Assembly (NCBI GenBank): GCA_951406725.2
Contig: OX597828.1
Coordinates: forward strand, 10,850,001 to 10,914,000
DNA length: 64,000 nucleotides
Source: Octopus vulgaris
Lineage: Eukaryota
Reading direction: 5' to 3'
A program made the translations under genes and the position numbers. Positions 54,138-64,000 of this stretch are shown in pieces. How positions within the stretch are numbered: position 1 is the stretch's first letter; each line of letters starts with the position of its first letter. The notes under the pieces are model-generated. The model had not been told where the DNA came from and ran no database searches. It saw only the letters and a list, made by a program, of their open reading frames with translations.

Positions 54138-55976
54138 AAACACACATACACACAAACACTAACATATACACACACATTAACACACATACACACGCACACA
54201 CTGATACACATTCACAATCACACACACACATATATGCATACAGGGTTAGTACAGAGCAGCCGCATTATTTATTGTCAAAATACTAGGTCAAGTCTATCAA
54301 TGCTTCTCCTACATATTATTTGATTCCTTCGTTTGCTTGTTTTTTTTAAATTTCTAAATACGTGTTTCTTTTTATCTTTATTTATAAAGAATAAGATTTT
54401 CATTGCAGAGGCCAAAGTAAAACCAATTCTGATGGCCTTTGCCGATGACGAAGACGGCTATAAAAGAAAAGAGATGGCGTTGCGAAGGGTGGGTAAAGAA
54501 ATGCAATGAAGAGAGATGTTTAAAACTATTTGCAGACACTTAGCTGGCTTGCTGCCATGTGCTGGTCACCTCATATGAGCGGTCAACAAGACGACATTGA
54601 TTGACATTGCAATGGGTCTTGAAATGTCAGTCTATTAACAAAGTGCTGGCAAGCAGCCACTTCCTCGTTGCTTCGGAAAGAATCAATGTCGCAACTCAAA
54701 GACACAAAGGAAAATGGAGAGTGAGCAATATGGACGAGATGGTGATTTGCTGAAGGCGTTGATGCTGGTACTTGCGTCGGTGTTGATGGTTTTTAGTATA
54801 GATGGTTAGTATAGATGGTTGTCATAGTGATTGCGGTGACTGTGATGATATTGCTTGTGGTTTTCTTGATGCAGATGGAGGTTGCAATGGTGATGATAAA
54901 TGGTTCTGGTGTTGTTTGGTTTAGTATCGTTGCCGCCGGTGTTGCTTTTGTTGTTTTCCTTAGTTACAGTGGTATTATTAAATATGACGTTTGAAGCTGA
55001 TATGGTTCCTATCATTTATTATTGGTAACTCTTGTTGTAGGTATTGTAGTGGTTGTTGTAGTGCTGAGGCTGACAATATTCGGGATGTAATCGTGGTTGT
55101 GGTAGAGATGATAATGAACATGAGTAGCGGTTGTTGCTGATAGACTGTTAAAATGCGTTTAGGCTGAAGAACGGGAGTGAAACGAGTAAGTCTAAAACGT
55201 AAAATAAAAGGTTTCATATGGTTTTCTATGATTAGTTATGACTAAGCAAAGGATGTATCGTTGGAACTGGAACGCGAATTAAATAAGGCAGCAGAATGCT
55301 GGCAGCGAGGAGAGGAGAGAGGAAGGAATTTAATTAGGGTAAATAAACATATAAGAAATAAACAAGAAATGTAGAGTATGCCTAAATAATTTTAAAGAGT
55401 GGAAAGGCTCTCTGAAATGTGTGTGTTTATGTGTGCGTTTACGTATGTGTGTATGTGTGTGCGTGTGTGTGTTTGAGAGAGAGAGAGGGTTATGTGTGTG
55501 TGTGTACTTGTGTGTGTTCGTGTGTATGTGTGCATCTGAGAGAGAGAGAGAGAGAGTGTGTGTGTGTGTGTGTGTGTGTGTCTGTGTGTGTGCGTGAGAG
55601 AGAAAGAGAGAGAGAGAATGGGGGATTGCAAGGTGGTGATTAGATGTGGTCGATTGGGATTTTCAATGATGGTAGAGAAAGAGGTTAGGGTGTAAACGGT
55701 GATATGTAAGTGAGATGGTAAGTGAACAGGTGAGGCTAGAAATACGAGGTTAATCAATAGCCATAGCAATAACAGGTAAGATGTTACGAGGAAGATGTGT
55801 AGAAAAGGAAGGATAGCGAGAAGAGAAAAAGAAGGGTAATATACAGAAAAAATAATAATAAAAGGAGATAAAAGTCCGTGGTCTACTCTGACGAAACCTG
55901 TAATCACAGGCGATTATAAAGTGACGATCAGTCACTTAACGGTGTTTCAGTCTACATTATATATAGATTATATAAA

Positions 55977-56190
55977 GGCGGTGAACTGGCAGAAATGTTC
56001 TGTCTTTATACTTTCTGAGTTCAAATTCCACCGAAGTCGACTTTACTTTCATCCTTTTGGGGTCGATAAATTAAGTATCAGTTGCATACTGGGGTCGATC
56101 TAATCGACTGGCCCTCTCTGCAAATATTTCAGACCTTGTTCCTAGATTAGAAAAGATTATTAAGGCGGTGATCCGATCGAATCGTTAGCA
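55977..56190 (+). mobile_element. SINE family S1 (tail B) followed by the start of another head
   Basis: GAGTTCAAATTCC...GGGGTCGATCTAATCGACT...AGAAAAGATTAT. Confidence 0.75.
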
Positions 56191-58642
56191 CATCGATCAA
56201 GGAGAGGCTAGTTGCCCATTTACTTAGTTTGAAAATTGTCTAGACCTCGTTAGTATTGCGAGGTATTATATATATATATTAAAGCATAACGAGCAAAAAA
56301 CCTTTAGCCCTTCCTAACCTTCATCAAGCCCCCATCCAGTGGAATTGCCTTGCTAAGAATCTGCCACTTTGAAAAGAAAATTCGCTATAAGATTGTAAAC
56401 TAAAATTGAAAGCAAACGAAAATATAGAAACGTTCATTTTTCATGCAATTCTGTAATTATTGGAATTTGAATATTTCCGTTTAACAATAGCTATATTTGA
56501 ATTCAAAAGAATATAACTAAACTCTGTATTTTTAAAGAGACCATCTAAGAAAATATGGGAAGCGGAAAATACAAGAATGGAAATTTTCTTTATCATATTT
56601 TATACATTTCACGCCCACAACGTGTATATTTGAAAATACTAGATTTAAAATTCAATGTCTACAGTTCAGACTTTCTTCAATCGAAATGTAAAAAAATATG
56701 GAGATTAACGCGTTTAGAGGCAAGTCAAAATGCAATACACGTGTTTCTTCATATGTCCTGAACTGGCTGAACTTCTACACAGAATACAAAGGTTTTCTTG
56801 GAAAATGCAGTCAGTACCAAACCATATTGACATGACTTAACCAGGTATCTCATAAACTGTGAAACAACGTAAAAAAGCAATTTGCAGGGCACGTCTTTAA
56901 AGCAAAAGGTATCTTTTGGGATGTCTTCCATTCTGTAGGAACATTTTCTAGCTCTCCTATCAAGAGGAATTCCGGATATGAAGTGCGAGGCTTTGGTGTA
57001 GTAATGCAGGACAGCTAGTTGTGGGGAGGTGTTGTATAAATGGGATAATCATAACAATGTTGATGCGTTAGAAACAATGATGATAATGGTGGCTGAGCAA
57101 GGATTATTACGACCAACGCCAAAGGGTGTAGCACAGTTTCTATGCGATCTTAAAGAAAAAGTGTTTAAAACAAAAGTACGAGAAATATACGTGCGTAAGC
57201 ATAAAACAACGTTCTGTTAGGAGAGTGATAACACGTGCAAATATTTGCTGGGATGTTCGTGGAACTACTCTTGCAAGAAGCCATAACTGTTTGAGATATG
57301 GGCATGTGTGGCACTTTGCATCAGAGCTTTGTTTGTTTTGTGTTTCTCTTTAAAATATCTTACTAAATTCATAAAAAAAAATATTTACTGTGTGAGGCGA
57401 AAAAGAAAATGCAATATTTGGGTTCTTTCTGGTAGGTTTAACCCAAGATGTCATAGTTTTTCTTTTGCTTTTTTCTTTTTTCCTTTTTTTTTTGTCTTTT
57501 TTTTTCCATGGTCAATAAAGTACTGAATGAAATTTCCGACTGAAATCGGTATGTTTGACATATATATTCAAATATACGAGTCGTAGTTGCAGAAAGGCGA
57601 ACACCAGCGGATATTAAACAGGTAATATTATATTTGGTACCCAATATTGTCACAAGACCAGTAGAAAATCACTTTATTGTTAAGGCTATTTTAACTGCAT
57701 GGACAACAATGCCTTGTATGGTTACTTTATTCAGTAGTTTCTAAAGCTTCTCAAACTGATTCGACGACTATGAAAATATGCGCAAGTAGAGGTGAACTTC
57801 TAAAAGTAGGATTTGGAACTCGGTCTGCACAACATAGTAGGTAAGAAGGAAAGAAATGTGGGATGTATTTAGGAGACAATTTACAGTTAAGATATTTAGC
57901 ACAATGAAGAAAATAGATGTAGGATAATAGCGGAGCTTAGACAATTTTTAGTGCAGCAATTTGCTCGTTAGCTCAAGAGCCCTTTCTCGTGCAGATTCTG
58001 AATCCATGTAAGTAGTATTCAAAGGCCTACTCAAAAATAAATATTTTAGATTATTACTAATACACGCATAAATGCACATTCACACAAGCATACAGAAATA
58101 ACTCTCTCTCTCTATCTTCCCATCCCCAATCTTTCTCTGTAATTATCTCTTACTTCCGTACTTCGCAGTACACGCAATCTTTTGGCAGAAACACGTCTAC
58201 AATACTCTTACTTGCTTCGTATGATTGATTTGTCTTTTAATAAACATCGCACAGTTTGTCGCTGCATATTAAATGTACTTTTAACATCTAAATCTTTTAA
58301 TCACATAGACACACATACACGCATAAACACATACACACATATACAAGCACATATGCACACTCATACATACACGTACAAACACACATACACTCATAGACAC
58401 ACACATACACATATTCATATATACATAATCATCTGTTACCGAGAACATTCATGATATTTATTTTTTATATACGGCCGGATAATACGTATATTTTAAGTTT
58501 CGTTTTAGCGTATCTGTATGTACTATCGTTATATATGTTTCTTTATGCGGCTATATATAGTCCAGATGTGCTATTACTAACATCAGCTTAATTTCTCCAA
58601 ACAATCTATATGTGTGTATATATATTGTGTGTGTGTGTGTGT

Positions 58643-58699
<57 letters not shown>

Positions 58700-58701
<2 letters not shown>

Positions 58702-58870
58702 CAGTTCAACTTTACAGAAAATAAAAGACAGGGAGAGGTGATGGAACAAGAAGTAGGTTTATTAGTTAGAAGCTCGGGGTGAATGAAAAATATCAATTCT
58801 TTGATATTTCGAGCCTATGCTCTTTGCCAGAAGGGTATGAGAGGAAACAAATGAAGAGAGAAAGAAAAGC
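58700..58870 (-). mobile_element. PLE-like 3' end with degenerate hammerhead
   Basis: Minus strand CTT-CTGGCAA-AGAGCATAGGCTC-GAAA-TA-TC-AAAAG; similar to 18310-18490. Confidence 0.4.
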
Positions 58871-59610
58871 AGAGGGAAAGAAAACAAAATGTATAGGGAT
58901 TACCGGTTTAACATAATGAGATAACCGGAAGATAGAGGCTGAGTGTAAGGGAGAGAATAATGCTGCGCAAGTGCATGTGGGTACGTGGGCGTAGTGTAAG
59001 TATGTGTGAATGGAGGCGAGCGCATATGAATGTATGGGAGAGTTTAAGATTATTCGAGCTTGTGTTTGCGTGTTGGAGCGTGTGTATAAGTAAATCAGTG
59101 TGCGTGTTGTGTGGAATGACGTGTGTTGTGTGTACGCGTATGTATGAGTATGTGTATGGATGTGTGTATATGTGTATGAAACTGTATATAGTAAGTGTCT
59201 GAGGCTATCGGGTGAGTGTGCGCGCGTTCGTGCTTGCTTATGTACAAATGCTTGCATGTAGCAATTGATATGTGCTTATTCGAGTAGTGCAAGCACGTGT
59301 GTTAATGTGTATTAGAACATGCAGGATGGGTGCGGTCCTAAAATCCCATTTTAGAATGGATAAACAAATTCGATAGATTGCTTTGGTCCTGTAGTAGAAT
59401 GCTTGTCATGTTTATCGCAAGTGTGGGTTCGTGTCCCACGGACAGCATTTGACCTTTTCTTAACGCTATTGTTCATAATTTTCTGCTTTGAGATTCACCG
59501 TTCAAAAAACATGATATTTAACTTTCACGAAGTTACTAAATCCTCATTTCGTCAACAATTTATCCCTTTCTTTCTCTCTCTTTCTCCCCCCTCTCCCTCT
59601 CTCTCTCCCT

Positions 59611-59742
<132 letters not shown>

Positions 59743-60373
59743 CTAAAGTATGTGTGTGTGTTTGTGTCTGTCTGTGGATGTATATATGTATACTGAAATA
59801 TATGCAGAAATATATACATGTGTGTATGTAGGTATATATATATTCATGGGTTAGGTTTAAGAATTTTTATTTTTAACTCATCGTTTCGACGCTCTCAAAC
59901 ACTTCACCATAGTTCCATTAGACAATGACTTGTCAAAATTTGGTATATTAAATTTTATTTCAGTAATAATTAGACATTGTATTGAAATCTATGGTAGCTC
60001 AGTTGATTGAATTTCCAGTTAGCGCTGCACGCACTGCCTCCTTGACAGTCCGAACAATATGTGATTTCCTCTCTAAGACAATAAATGTTCTGATGTTTCT
60101 GACTTCGATGCTCTCTCTTTTGATCGAGACTTTCGATGTTCAGGAAAATGCTGGTATTTATAGATTGTATAACATCCCAATTGCATAGGAAGTTATGAAT
60201 GCAGTACTTCAATACTTGGGTAGATGTTACTTTTATGACGAATCTTCAGACATTAGTTTTAGTTGTCTTGAATCGAAAGAAATCGATATTACCAATGCTA
60301 AACTCTAACTCGTTGTTGCAACAATTTAACCCGCGGCCTTCTCTGATTAAGCATGCCTATTGTAAAAGACATT

Positions 60374-60473
60374 NNNNNNNNNNNNNNNNNNNNNNNNNNN
60401 NNNNNNNNNNNNNNNNNNNNNNNNNNNNNNNNNNNNNNNNNNNNNNNNNNNNNNNNNNNNNNNNNNNNNNNNN
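60374..60473. other. Assembly gap (100 N)
   Basis: Run of N. Confidence 1.
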
Positions 60474-60754
60474 TTGCTGATGAAGGCTTGCCTAAAACTA
60501 AACAATTACATCAATAAAAATTAAACCTTCTGATTTAGTTCGAAGCCCAGAAATTTTAAGTGAAGAGGCAGCAGTCGATACTATCGACCCCAGCACGAAA
60601 ATAATATTTCATTTTATCGACACCGGAGTGACGAAAAGCAAAAGTCACCTCAACGAAGTTTGAATTTTGAATATACAGAACTGAAAAGCATACCGGAAGA
60701 TATTTAAATAAAGACATCAACAACAACGTAAAATTTGTAACCACATCATGTTCT

Positions 60755-61590
60755 GTTTAGCATGTCAGTGCCAAGCAGAAAAGGAGCGGAGAGAACGTGT
60801 CTCCTTGGAATATTCCTCTTCTAACGGGGATGGCTTTGGTTTTTATGAGTCCCTTTTTTGTTTGGAGCTTTAGCAATTTTTACCATTTATTCATGGAATG
60901 TTTCCATAATCGAGCCAAGCGTCAGCTATGCCTTCGTCTTTAGTTATGGCGTTATTGTTTCTGGCTCTGCTAGTATTTCATTAGATTTCTCAGCCAACGT
61001 TTTAAAGTATTCCTGTTAGATATTTTAGCCAGAAGTTGGGATATTCGCGTGTCTGGGTGCTTAGTTTTTGCTCTACCAAGGTGACCTCTTCAGTTGTTAT
61101 AGGAATCCAGATTTGTTCAGTTGGTGTGTTTGTTATTTTGATAGTTGTATTCTGAGGTCGTTCCTTCGCCGAGCATATTTTTCCAAAGTTCTTCCACTTC
61201 TGCTGGTGGTGCTGCATTTATCTCTATTTAATTTTTGTCAAGTTCTTAGTAGAATCTTTTCGGGTTTGAGTTGAACTGTTTGCTTTGTTCAAAGAAACGT
61301 TGGCGTTTCTCATACCGGCGGATTCTTTGTGCTTTGGCGAGGATATCTCCTTTTAGCCATTCTTTTACCTCAGGTGTACCTTGTTCTGTAATTTTGTATT
61401 TACGTAGTATTTTTGTCTTGTTGCATAGCAGTGTTGATCGCCTTCTAGTTTCACTAAGGACTAACAGATTCCTTTTTTTATATTTTATGCTTTTTCTAGA
61501 TATTGTTTGTTCACGGGGACCGTTTGGGTGATGATACTCCTGTTTCGATGAGTTTGAGGTGGTATCCAGCTTTTTTGCATTCAGCTTCTT
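60755..61590 (-). pseudogene. Internally deleted R4/Dong-type LINE RT fragment adjoining (TAA)n
   Basis: AKAQRIRRYEKRQRFFEQSKQF, PITTEEV, PNFWLKYL, IPVRRGIFQGDTFSPLLFCLAL. Confidence 0.8.
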
Positions 61591-61599
61591 TTATTATTA

Positions 61600-61665
<66 letters not shown>

Positions 61666-62055
61666 TTGCTGTGGAACGCTCTAAGTAAATCCAGTTCAAA
61701 ATATTTATTTAAACCAGGACTGATGTCCTTTTGCAGTAATTATTTTATTCCAAATTGTGAATAGAAACACCAGGAACCTGTACTGTTTTTTTTATGTTTG
61801 TGTAGCCCACGGGGGGGGGGGGGGGATTTTCAGCCCACTAAAATAATTTCGGTGGGCGTTAAATTTAATTGAATCAAATACAAGCCAACAAGTTGGCGGA
61901 GCGCGTATTGCCTCCATTATAGGCAACAATACAGAGGTAGGGGAGGAGGACTGTCATGGTACAAAATCCAACTAACAGTAACAACAATAGTAGCAGGAAC
62001 ACGAACAGTTGTAAAAATGACAACAGCAACAGGAGCAAACAGTGACAGCAGCCGT

Positions 62056-62161
<106 letters not shown>

Positions 62162-62404
62162 ACAACAACCACGAAAAAGACAGCAACGGCAGCGGCAGTT
62201 GCGATAACAAGAACAAAAACAACGAGAACAAAACCTATAACAATAACAAAAATACGTTCGCAGCAGCAGCAGCAGCAGCGAAGAACAAACAACGCTTTAC
62301 CGTAAACCTCACAAATAGGGGATCAGATGCTACCATAAGTATGGAAACTAATAAGAGAAGAGAAGACTCGGGCCAGCCTGACTGTACCATCAGAGGCAAT
62401 TGAA

Positions 62405-63100
62405 GGAGTGGAGAGAAGAACAGTGCTTTTCAGATGCATCTCAGCAGACACGAAAACTGGGGTTTAATAGCCTAAGTAAACATTGAGGTTGCGCAGAGTT
62501 GCATCAGAAATGACATCGAATACATATCGAGGAGCAAAGAATACGGCACCATTTCGGTGCTGTTTAAGTCAGAGGTCCGTGCTGTGAAACATTCAATGAC
62601 ACCTGCAAAACCACCAAAGTAATCATGTGCCCCTCCTACATGGGGAAACGTACAGCCCGTTTCCGCATTCTTAGAATCCCACCAGTGCTAGATATTTGGT
62701 GGCTTCTGGGACGTTTAATCGTGGAGGGGACGGATACTATCCCGATACAGGCAACAAGAAATGCCAGAGAGGTCTGGGCCAGGGTTGACCTGCAGATACT
62801 TCTCCAGATCCAATCCGAAAGCATAAAAGAACGGGACGGTGATACATATCATAACCGAGGGCAAAATGCCACATTGTTTCACGTGTTGAGAAACGACTCA
62901 TTTGCGAGCTCACTGCACCCAACTGGTACAAAGTGCAAGGGGTCAAAGGCCTTCACTGCTGCCTACGCCGGAACGAGAAACACAAACAACACCAGCACGG
63001 CAAAATCACCAGCAACAACACCAAAGAAATTAACCATCCTAGTGGAAAAGAAGGAAAGCTCTCCCAATCCCACCATACACCAAACAAAAATTCATACATA
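62405..63100 (+). pseudogene. Decayed LINE ORF1 (gag-like, CCHC knuckle), probably Tx1/L1-type
   Basis: PSYMGKRTARFRILRIPP; IITEGKMPH-CFTC*ETTHLRAHC (C-x2-C-x4-H-x4-C at 62875-62916); frameshifts. Confidence 0.6.
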
Positions 63101-63255
63101 AACGTGATTATAAACATACACACAGACAAAGACACATTTACAGCAATAGATCCTTCATCTTCCTGTAATGAAATGATGGAAAAGCAAAATATAATAAAGC
63201 CCCCACAAAAAATCTCCACAAAGCATAACAATACCCATATTAAAAACGTCTCCCC

Positions 63256-63494
63256 AACAGCAGACGAAATACCTATTTCTTTACTACCCATAAGGGGCTA
63301 AACACAAAGGGGACAAACAAACGGATTAAGTCGATTATATCGACCGCAGTGCGTAACTGGTACTTATTTAATCGACCCCGAAAGGATGAAAGGCAAAGTC
63401 GACCTCGGCGGAATTTGAACGCAGAATGTAACGGCAGACGAAATGCGGCTAGGCATTTCGCCTGGCGTGCTAACGTTTCTGCCAGCTCGCCGCC
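63256..63494 (-). mobile_element. SINE family S1 with tail A and a truncated body restart
   Basis: Intact head; tail AAAGAAATAG joined to GTATTTCGTCTGC. Confidence 0.85.
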
Positions 63495-64000
63495 TTAAAA
63501 GCCGTATAAATATTATCATCAAAAGACCAAGGTTGACAATATTTCAGAGGGAAAGACAGCAAGCATTGTAGCAGCAGCAGTAGTAGTGGTAGCAGCAGCA
63601 GCAGCAGCAATAGCAACAGCAGTGGCAGCAATGACAGAGCATCAACAAAATAAGAGTGGCAATAAAAGCAATACTGACAACAATATCAGTAACAACAGCA
63701 ACAAAAACAACAAAAGCGACTGCGAAGATGACGATGACGATTATAGAAGCAGTAAAAATAAAAAGAAAGTGAAAGGAGTAACAGTGACAATAACAATAAC
63801 AAACACGGCAATAGTAAAACAACAACAACAACAATAGCCTCAAAATAACAACAAAGACAATAGAAGCAAGAACAAAAACAACCACAACTTGACTTCGTCT
63901 CCTGATTTGAAGAAACTTTTTTCAATTATTCTTTATAAGTAAAACCAAATGAAGAATATCTTACAGGAGACTTGATACGTTATCTAATGTCCACTGTTGA

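Noticed and set aside
55885-55920. CTGACGA followed by a CCTGT/ACAGG hairpin
   Set aside because: No GAAA after the hairpin and no stem I, so not a supportable hammerhead.
57400-57830. Faint resemblance to Helitron helicase motifs (also 21590-21900)
   Set aside because: Only loose short matches by eye; needs tBLASTn or a profile search.
59860-60540. Possible degraded Penelope end with HHR remnants on both sides of the gap
   Set aside because: Motifs are too degenerate and the region is broken by the assembly gap.

Overview
AT-rich, gene-poor eukaryotic DNA saturated with microsatellites ((TA)n, (CA)n, (GATA)n, (TACA)n, (TAA)n, trinucleotide blocks). The repeat landscape looks like a coleoid cephalopod, probably Octopus; this is an inference, not verified. 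No intact host gene is supported and almost all listed ORFs are microsatellite artefacts. The window holds: several tRNA-headed SINE families; mariner elements (one full-length and decayed, one fold-back, one MITE); a non-autonomous Helitron; LINE fragments of Tx1/L1, RTE, CR1-group and R4/Dong type; a Penelope-like (PLE) GIY-YIG endonuclease fragment; and several minimal type I hammerhead ribozyme (HHR) motifs in short non-coding elements sitting in (TA)n. Most notable: (1) a ~473-bp HHR element in three copies showing circular permutation and fold-back ends (retrozyme/PLE-like); (2) a tRNA-headed SINE with an HHR-like tail; (3) two SINE-LINE shared 3' tails visible inside the window; (4) apparent partitioning of microsatellite targets among retroelement clades. 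All alignments and folds were done by eye, so boundaries are approximate.
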